Shown: positions 10,897-21,150, counted from the first letter of the stretch. The stretch is DNA of 64,000 nucleotides from Candidatus Poribacteria bacterium (GCA_965197475.1 CBDANF010000002.1:320001-384000), one strand, 5' to 3'. A program made the numbers and translations. Notes: a model not told the origin generated them from the letters alone.

Positions 10897-11460
10897 CTAT
10901 ACCGATTTAGATTTAATCTCAAGTCCCCACACATCCCAACCATCAACTTCCTTTCGAGCGAAAAGCTCAAGTTTACTCTGTTCGGGAAACATCTCTTCAA
11001 TACGCCGTCGTACCTCATCCGGTTTTTCCGAATGCCGTGTCCGCTCCGATTGCACAAGCTGCCTAATATTTCGCATACCCCGAGGTTGCGGAATTGTCCC
11101 GCGTTTAAAAACGAGACACAATTCGCACTGACTCATCGTATAGAAGCCTGGATTTACGCGGCATTTGTCCCATACAAACGCGACTGTTGCCCAACGAAAT
11201 CCCCAAGCTTTTCCCAACATGATAGCTTGGTCAAGGTGCGGTGATGAACTCCACATAAACAGCAGGCAATTTTTAGTGGTAATAGCCTCAATATTCCATT
11301 TCTCCATCTCTGATACAGATATGGTCGGATAATGTAGAACTGCACCACCACTATCATTGCCGCCAGCACCTGTGTGCTGCAGTTGCCCTTTGTAATCCCA
11401 AGGGGGGTCAGCATAGAGTATTTGATACTGTTTGTTCGGAAACGGGGGATGTAATACCAT
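10897..11460 (-). CDS. MT-A70 family adenine methyltransferase
   Basis: YQILYADPPW, LFMW, WGF, FVWDK, GFYTMSQCELCL, RHSEKP, KLELFAR, GWDVWG. Confidence 0.9.
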   Translation of the reverse strand: MVLHPPFPNKQYQILYADPPWDYKGQLQHTGAGGNDSGGAVLHYPTISVSEMEKWNIEAITTKNCLLFMWSSSPHLDQAIMLGKAWGFRWATVAFVWDKCRVNPGFYTMSQCELCLVFKRGTIPQPRGMRNIRQLVQSERTRHSEKPDEVRRRIEEMFPEQSKLELFARKEVDGWDVWGLEIKSKSV

Positions 11461-11554
11461 AGTATGTTTACAGACAGATTACCCTCAAACAGGCATACTG
11501 ACTGAATTACAAGCGCGCACGAAGCATCATGGGCAGCGTCCTGCTTATATGTTG

Positions 11555-12103
11555 CTACTGTGCATCAACGCTCAGTCCTTCTTGAGCGATGTCGTTATTT
11601 GCGACTAACATATCTCGGTTAAAGATAAAATCACTACGGGAACTTCCAAGGTTTTCCCCTTCTGCCTGACGTTCACGGAAGTATTGCGGAAGTGTTAGTC
11701 CTGTCATGCGAATAGCATCTTCGGGACATGCTTCAATACAATAACCACAGAATATACAGCGGAGCATATTGATTTCAAAAACATCAGGGTATTTTTCCCG
11801 TTGGTAACCTTCTTTGGTTGTCCATCCATCAGGAGCGGGGGCTGCTTGTATCGTGATGCAGTCAGCTGGGCAAGCGGTTGCGCATAAGAAGCATGCAACG
11901 CATTTAATTTCATCCTTGTCAGTCGTGGTTAATTTATGGATACCTCGATACCGATCATTACGTTCATTGACGCTTCTCGGATCTTCGGGGTACTGAACTG
12001 TTAATTTCTTCTTAGGGATGTGTTTTAACGTTGTGAACATCCCCTTAATCAACGCTGGGATATAGAGTCTATCCCAAAATGACATCTCTTCGTTAACTTT
12101 CAT
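11555..12103 (-). CDS. nuoI: NADH-quinone oxidoreductase subunit I
   Basis: TVQYPE, RYRGIHKL, CVACFLCATACP, RCIFCGYCIEACP (two 4Fe-4S motifs). Confidence 0.93.
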   Translation of the reverse strand: MKVNEEMSFWDRLYIPALIKGMFTTLKHIPKKKLTVQYPEDPRSVNERNDRYRGIHKLTTTDKDEIKCVACFLCATACPADCITIQAAPAPDGWTTKEGYQREKYPDVFEINMLRCIFCGYCIEACPEDAIRMTGLTLPQYFRERQAEGENLGSSRSDFIFNRDMLVANNDIAQEGLSVDAQ

Positions 12104-13740
12104 AAACGGAATTCCTTTCTGATTACAACTTTCACAAAATTAATTCTTTCCTACACGTTCTCTCGTGTTTGCGCGATACGCGCGGTATCACCTGCCAACG
12201 CAGGTATTAGTAGACACACGATTTTCAATCGATTTTACATAAAACTTCAGTAGTCGTTATTCTTTTGCTGTTGCTGTCGCTATGTTTGAAGCTCCACCTT
12301 CGCCCTCACTATTCACAGCTCGCACTTGGAAGCCATAAAGTTCACCGCCTGTACGTTCGGTTACCGTTACAAAAGTATATGTTCCGACTGTAGAGAACCA
12401 CGATGTCCAAGCACTCCATCCCGAACTATAGTATCTCCGAAACCGCGCCTCATAACCGGTAATCGCAGTGCCCCCATCATCGCTTGGCGCATCCCAAGAC
12501 AGATATACCGCGCCGACTATTGTACTATGTGTTGAAGCTCTGAGATTAGTCGGCGCACCCGGCACAGTCGTAGATGATTGTGGCGTGACAGTGACTTTAG
12601 ACGATTCTGGACCTGACCCAGAACTATTCACTGCACGCACTTTAAACGCATAAACCGTGCCATTCGTTAAGCCCGTTAGCGGAACGGACGTGCTGCTACC
12701 GTTGTCCGTGGATGCCCAAGATCTCCAAGAACCATCGTCATCGGTATCTCTGCGATATTCGTAACCTGTAATCGCACCTCCACCATCTGAGGATGGCGTA
12801 TCCCAAGATAACGTGACCTGTCCATCACCTGCGGTTGCCTGTAGATTCTGAGGCGCACCTGGTGTTGATATTAATGGTAATTGCGGTGTGCCGGTGGCAA
12901 TATCTGATTCTGAACCTGCTGCACCCACGCTATTCACCGCACGCACACGGAACTCATATAGGGTGTCATTCGTGAGACCCGTTACGGTTTCCGATAAATC
13001 TATCCCCGCGGATGTCCATGAACCGAAATCGCCGCTGCTCCCTTCGCGATAACTGTATTCGTAATCGGTAATTATTAAACCCCCATTTGAATTGGGAGCA
13101 TCCCAGTAAAGTGACACTTCACCATCACCCGCGGTTGCGTTTAGATTTTGCGGCGCACTCGGTATAGTGGCTGGCGTTGCATAAGCTGTCCTTGATTCGG
13201 TACTTTCACCCGCGCTATTCACAGCTCGTATCCGGAACTTGTATCCCGTGCCGTTGGTCAATCCAAAAACCGAATTAAGAGTGTTGGTATTACCCCACGA
13301 TGTCCATGATGAACCGAAACTTTGAGAGGTGCGGCTATATTGGTATTCGTAATCGCTAATATCCGCACCGCCATCATCGCTTGGTGCTGTCCAAGATAGA
13401 CTGACCCACCCATTGTAACCGTAGCCACTCAAACTTGTGGGGGCACTAGGCACCGTCGCAGGCGTTGATTCTAAAGACTCGGTAGCGGCACTTGCACTCT
13501 CACCATTCATCGCTTTCACCTGGAACTTAAAGTCGTCCCGTTCGTTAACCCCAAAACATCAAAAAATGTGTTCGACCCCGCGGGTATCCAAAGACTCCAT
13601 ATTGAAAATGGCACATCCACGCGATACCGGTATTTGTAACCGGTAGTCGTACCACCGCCAGCAGTCCAGGAAAGACGGACTTGACCATCCCCAAAAGACG
13701 CACTAAAATTTGTCGGTGTATCTGGTGGTGCGGTGTCTGT
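11973..13740. repeat. 1768-bp near-identical direct repeat, copy 1 (nuoI 5' part, intergenic region, FN3 stalk)
   Basis: Matches 25933..27700 at offset 13960; differences noticed at 12099, 12126, 13693 and 13729. Confidence 0.95.
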
Positions 13741-15732
13741 ACTAGTAACAATATCGGTGTCAGTGTCTTGACTGAGTTGATTTTCAAGGTTTTCCTCGTT
13801 GACGGGATGCTCTGTCCACTCCGGGTCCTCGTTCCCTTGCGGCGCACCTAAATCATACTCATAGTGGTGAAATACAGGGTAAATAGTTTCAGGATAAATG
13901 CCATACGCACGGGGGCCCGACATATAGTAGTCATAGTCCATAATGGATCTGCCGTAGGTATACGTGAAGGGACCCGTTGATATTCGAGACTTATTACCAC
14001 TATAAGTGTGGAATTTGAGCGTAAAAGTCGTAGTTTTCTTATCAGCATACTCATCCTCTGAGTCGGAGATATTCCAATAAAGATTTCGTTTTTGCAATGC
14101 TATTTGGTAGGCATCCGTCTCTCTATAGTCATTGCGGGCTTTCTCCGCATTCTTCTCGGCTTGCTCTCCTGCTTCGGGCGTTCGCTGGGCGGGGGGTAAG
14201 GCGTTAAATGCACTTACGATCTCATCATACTTGGCAGTTGCTGTCCGTGCTTCTGTTTGCCATGCTTCGAAAATCGATACCCTTCTTGCTATTTCATCAT
14301 GGGCTGCTTCTCTTTTCGGTTTGCCTGTATTGTCGAAAGCATACAAACCGATCCAGCCGGTTGCGGTACTCCCAAGTTGGAGACTGGCATCTTCCTCGAA
14401 ATCAAGTTTAGGATACACTGCCTTCTCTGCATCGGTCAGTGTAGGAACGCCTCCGTTAAAAGAGACTTTCCAGGGGTGCTTCAGTCCGATAGCATGTCCT
14501 ATTTCATGTCCTATCGTAGAATAAATAATTGCATCTTTCGTTGTCAGTTGATTTCCATCGTTATCTGTCTGTCGTGCAAGCCACTCAGGAAATCCGAGAT
14601 AATTATCACCATTGCCAACCGCGTTAGCCCTATTATCAATGGTATTGGTATAAATGTCAATAGTGTCATCCGCGTTTGTCCACCCCAAAAGGTTTGTCGT
14701 TGTCGTCTGTTTCTCAACCCATATCGCCTTTTTCGGCATGATCCACCAAGATACGTCGGCAGTATCTCGGATCGCTGTCGGCGCACCAAGCTTGTTAAAG
14801 TTGACGATGCGGTCATTTTTACCATCTTTCGTCTCGGTTTCCAGTATTTCGTATATAACGAACACACCCGGGAGTTTGTAGGCAGCACCGATACCCGATT
14901 TCGTCAGCCCTTTTTCACCAAACTCAGCGTATTGACTGTAAACAAAGATGTCTTTATTTTTCGGGTTCAAGCGTGTATGACTTCCACCAACCATGAACCC
15001 ACGGTATTCTTCAAACACGCACAGACCATCACCGATATGTGTATTCGTTTGCACACGGTTTTCATCGCCACCGGTTGTCGGACCCTCCTCAGTGTCCGCG
15101 GGCGGTATATGTCCGGTCGCGCCATCCCACTTATCTTTTTCCCATGAATCGGCAATGTAGTCGCCGTTGTCGTCCTTCGGAATAAATTTATTATCCGACC
15201 CCTGGCTCGTACCCGTAGAATTTGACAGTTCTGCAACAAGTCTGCCATACGCACCGCCATCTTCACAGCGAACGGTTATTGTAAACGTGATAGTAGCTCC
15301 AACATTGCTGTCAGAGTTAAACTTGACACCTACGCTGTCCCGCACGGCTATATTAACATTTGTCAGTTCTCTACCGACGAGGTCATTCCAGATGGCCGGT
15401 TCCCATCTTAAACCCGCAGGAAGCGGCACCTGATCTGCCGGATAGAAACGCAGATCAGGGTCGGTGCCAGGATTTTCACGGGGCATGTTCATACAAATAC
15501 CTATCCAACTCGAAACCTTTTCAAAACTCAAACTGACCGACCCCTCAGAAAAATCGATACCAGAAACCTCAACAGTGAAAGTTATTTTGCCCTGATCCGT
15601 CGGTTTCCAATCATCATAATCCATCGGAGGTCTCAACTCCACAGACGCAGCACGCGTATCAGAGGGAGACAAACCTGCCAACGTTGTTAAAAGACATAAT
15701 AGTATGATGTAAACAAATAAGCGATCTGTCAT
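12257..15732 (-). pseudogene. Secreted metzincin-like zinc metalloprotease with 5 C-terminal FN3 domains; 1-bp frameshift near 13530
   Basis: Signal peptide; HEIGHAIGLKH and Met-turn SIMDY in 13516..15732; FN3 repeats in 12257..13519; adding one A (ACT TAT AAG TTC CAG GTG AAA GCG) restores LTNGTTYKFQVKA and a ~1158-aa protein. Confidence 0.85.
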
Positions 15733-16883
15733 TATTCTGTCTCCTTACTCTTATCAATTATAAGTTTCCTGGTTTTTTCATCGTAAATGTATTTTGGAGC
15801 CGGCCCGAAATACGAATATCCCTTGCGCTGCTCATAAACTTTATCTTGTGCCTTCTCTATACCATCAAGACTATTACTATATGGCAACCTTTGTATCCAA
15901 GATAATCCCTGATAGGCAGCGACAGAGTTTTCCCACTTACCGAGTTTCGCATAACATTTTGCTAACAATGAGTTCTTTTTCGCAATACGGCTATCCAGTT
16001 GACAGGCTTTCTGAATGTGCTCAAGAGCTAAGGCATACTTGTTCTTTATATAGTAGTACCACGCGATATCTTCGTGTGCAAAGGCAGCGTTTGGGAACTT
16101 TGCCAGCAGCTGCTTGTATGCTTCAATCCGTTCATCGTATGGATCGTATGGATGACATTTTACCCAGACGCGCATCGCCTCGACAGAGTTTGGGTTTTCC
16201 CGCATCGCACGCACTGCATACTCAAGACCAAACGTTTCGCGGGTGAGAGAGGAGCTCATAAGATACTTTGCAGCGGTGAGAGTATCTATGCCTTCAAACA
16301 GAATCTCAAGCCTTTTTCGTTCACGGACATCTTCTGGGAGCGTTGTTGGCAGTGCGTCCATTCGCTCCTCTTGTCCCTTTGTCATGTAAAAGATTTTACC
16401 TGTGAAAGGTGCCTTATTCTTATCCACCGGATAGTCTACAAAGATAGCACCGGGGTAGCCGCGAACATCATCCCATATCGGTTTTCCTTTTTGGTCATAA
16501 GGGAGGATTTTTATCTTGTCTTTGAAAGGATTGGTGCCGATAAGAGCAGGATCATAGAGTGCCTTTATCGGCACAGCAAAGTCTGGTTTCCACAGCAGAT
16601 CAGGATTAGCAATAACTTCTTTTTTGCGTTCAATAGATTCCGGGTAGCCTCTATTTTCAGCGACATCTGCCTTGAATTGTTCTATAAGCCGCTCAAAACT
16701 CGGTTCTTGGAACGGGGGCAGTTTGACCGGTTTACGACTATTTGCAGGGACGGGACCGTAGGCAGCTTGGTTATACGGATCTGCGTGTTCGGGCACAGTT
16801 TCCACGTCACAGCCACTGTAGCCTGCAAGCAGGATAACGGTTAGCATCAGTCCGGTTGTGAGGGTATCAATACGAAATTTCAT
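15732..16883 (-). CDS. TPR-repeat lipoprotein, cassette G
   Basis: Start MKFRIDT at 16883 after AGGAG; lipobox-like LAGYSGC; TPR helices (AFAHEDIA...ALEHIQKACQLD...LAKCYAKLGKWE); stop overlaps the protease start. Confidence 0.85.
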   Translation of the reverse strand: MKFRIDTLTTGLMLTVILLAGYSGCDVETVPEHADPYNQAAYGPVPANSRKPVKLPPFQEPSFERLIEQFKADVAENRGYPESIERKKEVIANPDLLWKPDFAVPIKALYDPALIGTNPFKDKIKILPYDQKGKPIWDDVRGYPGAIFVDYPVDKNKAPFTGKIFYMTKGQEERMDALPTTLPEDVRERKRLEILFEGIDTLTAAKYLMSSSLTRETFGLEYAVRAMRENPNSVEAMRVWVKCHPYDPYDERIEAYKQLLAKFPNAAFAHEDIAWYYYIKNKYALALEHIQKACQLDSRIAKKNSLLAKCYAKLGKWENSVAAYQGLSWIQRLPYSNSLDGIEKAQDKVYEQRKGYSYFGPAPKYIYDEKTRKLIIDKSKETE

Positions 16884-17006
16884 CAGTTTTCTCCTTTTGC
16901 TTGACTTGCTGAGTCTCAACAGTTTATGTAGCAAGGTTAGCGACCGTATAGTTCGGTGCTTCCTCCGTAATATCAATATCGTGCGGATGGCTTTCTCGGT
17001 AACCAC
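16884..17006 (-). repeat. guaB 3' tail copy 1 (83 bp, 16924..17006) plus 40-bp RBS spacer
   Basis: Encodes GYRESHPHDIDITEEAPNYTVANLAT*, the IMPDH C-terminal ESHPHD...EAPNY motif. Confidence 0.9.
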
Positions 17007-17116
17007 CCATTATACGCATCCAAATTCGCTGGCTCTATAGAAACACTCGGTGGACCATCCGCAGCGGACGGATTCAGCACACTAAACAATGTCAAAACAG
17101 AAATGCGATATTTCAT
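17007..17116 (-). pseudogene. 5' stub of secreted partner protein (cassette F)
   Basis: MKYRISVLTLFSVLNPSAADGPPSVSIEPANLDAYNGWLP; ATGA overlap with TPR stop; WxP motif shared with other partner N-termini. Confidence 0.75.
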
Positions 17117-18222
17117 TTGTCATATCCTTCTTGTATTAATTCTATAAGTGAATACCCTTTTCGTTGCTTCCGAATCTTATCTTTTGCTATATCCAACTCA
17201 CTATCCAACTTATATATCCGCAATGGACTTGGTTGGAAAAAATAATCCATTCCCTGATAGGCAGCAACGGCTTTCTCCCATTCCCCAAGTGTGAAATAGC
17301 ATATCGCTAACAAGTCATTCGTTTTGGCAATACGACTGTCTAACTGACAAGATTTTTGCATATGAACCAGTGCAGCCTCCGGGTCATCTTTCTCGTAGTA
17401 ATAGTGCCACGCGATTAGCTCGTGAGCAAACGCATCGTTGGGGAACTTTGAAAGCAGCTGTTGGTATGCCTCAATCTTTTGATCTTCAGGATGGCATTTG
17501 ACCCAAATACGCATCGCTTCAACAGAGTTCGGATTTTCACGTATTGCACGCTCCGCATATTCAACGCCAATAGCTTTTTTGTTAGGAGAATTCATTTGGC
17601 TCAGGTGTTTTGCAGCAGTGAGTGTATCTACCCTCTCATACACAATCACAGCACGTTTTCTATAGTAGTTAATATCTGCGTCCGAATTTGGATTCAAATG
17701 CCTCCAGTTTTGCCGTACAGCATCCAACCTCTCCTCTTGATCTTTTGTTTTGTAGATAACTTTGCCCGCAAAAGGATACACTTCTTTGTCATGATCATAG
17801 ACCCCGTGTATAGGTTTTCCTTTTTCAGAATAAGAGCGGACTTTTATCTTATCGCGTGTTGGATTGTAGCCCGGCAGTCTTGGGATTTCATCGAAATTTA
17901 GTGTGGGGGGCACCTCAAATCCGATGCCATCCCACAGTATATCGGGGTTGGCAATTGCTTTTCTTTTGCGTTTGAGCATCTCTGGGTCCCCCTTATTTTC
18001 AGTGACATCTGCTTTGAACTGTTCTATCAGTCTCTCAAAACTCGGTTCAACAATGGTTAGTTTTACGGGCTTTCGGCTATTCGCCGCGACGGGTCCGTGT
18101 TCTGCTTGGTTATAAGGGTCTGCGTGTTCGGGGGCGGTTTTCTGTCCGCAGCCAGAGCAACCAGCGAGCAGAGTAACGGTCGTCAATAGTAAAGTTGTGA
18201 GGATTTCAATACGAAATTTCAT
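17113..18222 (-). CDS. TPR-repeat lipoprotein, cassette F
   Basis: Start MKFRIEILTT at 18222; lipobox LAGC; TPR C-terminal half. Confidence 0.85.
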   Translation of the reverse strand: MKFRIEILTTLLLTTVTLLAGCSGCGQKTAPEHADPYNQAEHGPVAANSRKPVKLTIVEPSFERLIEQFKADVTENKGDPEMLKRKRKAIANPDILWDGIGFEVPPTLNFDEIPRLPGYNPTRDKIKVRSYSEKGKPIHGVYDHDKEVYPFAGKVIYKTKDQEERLDAVRQNWRHLNPNSDADINYYRKRAVIVYERVDTLTAAKHLSQMNSPNKKAIGVEYAERAIRENPNSVEAMRIWVKCHPEDQKIEAYQQLLSKFPNDAFAHELIAWHYYYEKDDPEAALVHMQKSCQLDSRIAKTNDLLAICYFTLGEWEKAVAAYQGMDYFFQPSPLRIYKLDSELDIAKDKIRKQRKGYSLIELIQEGYDK

Positions 18223-18491
18223 CAGTTTTCTCCTTTTGCTTGACTTGCTGAGTCTCAACAGTTTATGTAGCAAGGTTAGCGACCGTATAGTTCGGTGCTT
18301 CCTCCGTAATATCAATATCGTGGGGATGGCTTTCTCGGTAACCGCTGCTTGACATACGGACAAATTGGACATCTCTGCGTAACGACTCAATATCTGGTGT
18401 GCCGCAATATCCCATAGCGGAACGAATCCCACCTACTAACTGATAGACAAAATTGCTCAGTTTGCCTTTATGAGGCACTCGACCTTCAATA
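18223..18491 (-). repeat. guaB 3' tail copy 2 (229 bp, 18263..18491) plus RBS spacer
   Basis: IEGRVPHKGKLSNFVYQLVGGIRSAMGYCG...ESHPHDIDITEEAPNYTVANLAT*, the IMPDH C-terminus. Confidence 0.95.
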
Positions 18492-18625
18492 ACACGCCAT
18501 CACCTATTTTAGCACCAATACGCACAGTGTGCAAGCGTTTTGACGTGTGTTCAAGGATAAATGCTTTTGTGTCTGCAGCATCCGCAGCGACAGAATTTTG
18601 TTTGTGTTTTTCATTTGCATTTTAC
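18492..18625 (-). pseudogene. Internal fragment of a GspC-like gene
   Basis: Frame SVAADAADTKAFILEHTSKRLHTVRIGAKIGDG aligns with TVSQNSADSKAFILERRSNRMHIVKVGDTLDD of 41559..42026; repeated at 25798..25931. Confidence 0.75.
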
Positions 18626-18633
18626 GCAAGCCC

Positions 18634-18797
18634 CCTTCAATAACAGGGCTATCTTTTGCTGGGTACCATGGCTTCGGTACAGAAACCTTTATCTTATTGT
18701 TATTAGTGGGAGCTTGTTCTGCAGCACCAATAGCATTGTCAATAAAATATATGTGTATACTCAACAAAACTAATAAAAATATGATTGCCCTATTCAT
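18634..18797 (-). pseudogene. 5' stub of secreted partner protein (cassette E)
   Basis: MNRAIIFLLVLLSIHIYF...PKPWYPAKDSPVIEG; signal peptide; start overlaps the end of the TPR gene. Confidence 0.7.
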
Positions 18798-19806
18798 TGG
18801 TTTTCTCCTTTTTGGGTCGCCCAATCTTACCAATCTTGTTATCTCGCTGCATCGTCATAATATGGTATTCTGCACCTTCTGGGCCATACTTAGACAAATG
18901 CTTTAATGTTTCCAACGCTTTGGCATCTTCTTCTGTCCAGTAAAAGTATGCTTTAGCCAATTCAAACAATATACCTGTTTTCAAAAAAGTTGGGTGGTCT
19001 GCTGGCACATCGGGTGCGTATTGATATGCTTTTTTCAGTAAAGGTATTGCCTCCGCAGAATACGTTATATCCCCTAACCTATAAAGCGCGTAAGGTGCGT
19101 TTGGACGCATTTTCAATAAACGCCAATAGCCGTCCCTTTTTTTGTCATAATTCCGTTGGAAGCGTGTCCAAACGAGTAACGTGTGGTAATCGTCTGGGTT
19201 GTCATCAAGGGCTTGTTGCGCATACTTCAAGTCTCGGTCTGTGTAAATATTGTGCGCAGCAATATATTTCACAGCATTCAGTGGGGTCATGCCTTCCGTC
19301 ATTATCTCTGCCCGTTTGTCTGCTAATTCTGATTCGATTTCTCGGATAATGTCCCCTCTGCGTTTTTCTGATGTTACGCCTTCAATTCTTTTTTTGAGTT
19401 TATCCCTATATTCGTATTCGCGTTGTTCATATCGCGCCCATTTCTCCGCATGGTTAGGCGCGATTGGCACCATGTCATTATATTCCGCTGGTGTATCCTC
19501 AATCTCCCATTCATAGTCAAAATCGGGTATCCAAAAAATAGGGTCGTCTTGATAGTCGGGCGGTGGTGCTGTGCCTGTTGCCGTAAGGTCTTCATACGGG
19601 TTTTCGGGTGGGTAATATGTGGTCGGTATAACTTCCGAGTCCAGTATCTCTGTCGGGGGCGTGCGTCCATCTGTTATGTCCGCACCGTTTTTCTCCGACT
19701 CGGCTTTTTCGTCGGTAATGTTTTGCTGTTGACACCCTAAACTTCCAACAAATAAAATAAAGGCTGTCATCAGTAAAGTGGTGATGTGTGCTGTGATAAG
19801 TTTCAT
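18790..19806 (-). CDS. TPR-repeat lipoprotein, cassette E
   Basis: Lipobox SLGC; paralog of 19922..20932 (shared YPPENPYEDLTATGTAPP, NPDDYHTLLVW). Confidence 0.85.
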   Translation of the reverse strand: MKLITAHITTLLMTAFILFVGSLGCQQQNITDEKAESEKNGADITDGRTPPTEILDSEVIPTTYYPPENPYEDLTATGTAPPPDYQDDPIFWIPDFDYEWEIEDTPAEYNDMVPIAPNHAEKWARYEQREYEYRDKLKKRIEGVTSEKRRGDIIREIESELADKRAEIMTEGMTPLNAVKYIAAHNIYTDRDLKYAQQALDDNPDDYHTLLVWTRFQRNYDKKRDGYWRLLKMRPNAPYALYRLGDITYSAEAIPLLKKAYQYAPDVPADHPTFLKTGILFELAKAYFYWTEEDAKALETLKHLSKYGPEGAEYHIMTMQRDNKIGKIGRPKKEKTNE

Positions 19807-19921
19807 CGTTTGTTCCCCTTATTGATTTGAAGTATGCAGTTTGCTTTTATAAATGCTCGTTTTATCAATAAATACTACCATCTGATATGACTATCTTAAA
19901 ACGAATATAAATATGATTGCT

Positions 19922-20932
19922 CTATTCATTGGAAGTCTCCTTTGTGCCACGCACAAACATACCAATCTTGTTATCGCGTTGCATAGACGTAATATAGTAT
20001 TCTGCGCGTTCTGGGTTAAACTTTGACATATACTCCAACGTTTCCAACGCTTTTGCATCTTCACGAGTCTCGTAGTAGTATTTTTTAGCCAATTCATACA
20101 ATGCACCGTATTGTATATTAAACCCGCTGGGTTTAAGTGGTTCTTCTGGGGCGTATTGCAGTGCCTTCTTGAGTATAGGTATCGCCTCGGGGGAATGTGT
20201 ATAACGACCTAACCTATAAAGCGTGTAGGGTGCGTTGGGGCGCATTTTGACCAAACGTTGATAGGCTTCCCTTCTTTTATCTAAATCAACTTGTGCTTCT
20301 GTCCAAACGAGTAGGGTGTGATAATCATTCGGGTTTTCATCAAGGGCTTGCTGCACATATTTCAATACATGGTCTGTATTCATGTTATGTGCAATCAAAT
20401 ACTTTGCAGCATTGAGGGGTGTCAAGCCTTCGGTCATTATCTCTGCCTTGATGACCTTTAATTTCGACTGGTTCACTTTGTAAATTTGCAACAGCAATTT
20501 TTCTGATGTTACGTCTGTTACGTTTTTCAGTTCTTCCTCAAATTTATCGTCAAATTCTTTCTCGTGTTGTTCAAACCGTGCCATTTTCTCCGCACGGTTG
20601 GGTGCTATAGGCAAGGATACTGCATATTTCTCTGTGATGTCAGATTCTAACTCATATTCAAACGCTGGTATCCAGAAAATAGGGTTGCCTTTATAGTCGC
20701 TGGGCGGTGCCGTTCCTGTTGCCGTAAGGTCTTCATACGGGTTTTCGGGTGGGTAAAAGGTTGTGGGAAGTGTTGTATCCGCATCTGCTTCGGGGAACGG
20801 TGTAACATCCTTTTGCGTATCCGCTTGCGGTTCAACTTGTTCTGGTGGTTTCTGTTTATCCCCATTGCAGCCAACGAGTAGAATAACGACTATCATTAGT
20901 AAAGTTGTGAGTATTTCAATACGGATTTTCAT
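19922..20932 (-). CDS. TPR-repeat lipoprotein, cassette D
   Basis: Start MKIRIEILTT at 20932; lipobox LVGC; TPR helices; followed by degenerate stub MNRAIIFIFVLR*. Confidence 0.85.
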   Translation of the reverse strand: MKIRIEILTTLLMIVVILLVGCNGDKQKPPEQVEPQADTQKDVTPFPEADADTTLPTTFYPPENPYEDLTATGTAPPSDYKGNPIFWIPAFEYELESDITEKYAVSLPIAPNRAEKMARFEQHEKEFDDKFEEELKNVTDVTSEKLLLQIYKVNQSKLKVIKAEIMTEGLTPLNAAKYLIAHNMNTDHVLKYVQQALDENPNDYHTLLVWTEAQVDLDKRREAYQRLVKMRPNAPYTLYRLGRYTHSPEAIPILKKALQYAPEEPLKPSGFNIQYGALYELAKKYYYETREDAKALETLEYMSKFNPERAEYYITSMQRDNKIGMFVRGTKETSNE

Positions 20933-21150
20933 CAGTTTTCTCCTTTTGCTTGACTTGCTGAGTCTCAACAATTTATGTAGCAAGGTTAGCGACCGTATAG
21001 TTCGGTGCTTCTTCGGTAATATCAATATCGTGCGGATGGCTTTCCCTGTAACCACTGCTTGACATACGGACAAATTGCACATCTCTGCGTAACGACTCAA
21101 TATTGGACGTGCCGCAATATCCCATAGCAGAACGAATTCCACCTACTAAC
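20933..21150 (-). repeat. guaB 3' tail copy 3 (178 bp, 20973..21150) plus RBS spacer
   Basis: LVGGIRSAMGYCGTSNIESLRR...EAPNYTVANLAT*; divergent allele. Confidence 0.93.

Noticed and set aside
14257-16844. Long plus-strand ORFs 14257..15147 and 16074..16844
   Set aside because: Antisense shadows of well-supported minus-strand genes, with no recognisable motifs.
16884-17006. N-terminal extensions MVTEKAIRTILILRRKHRT... on the TPR ORFs (also the starts at 18432, 21142, 23988)
   Set aside because: These are alternative-frame readings of the guaB tail. The true starts follow AGGAG and begin a lipoprotein signal peptide.
18263-18478. Functional guaB gene or a prophage att site
   Set aside because: Only the last 27-75 codons are present. 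Six copies with four different left boundaries and no integrase or phage genes do not fit a single attL/attR pair.
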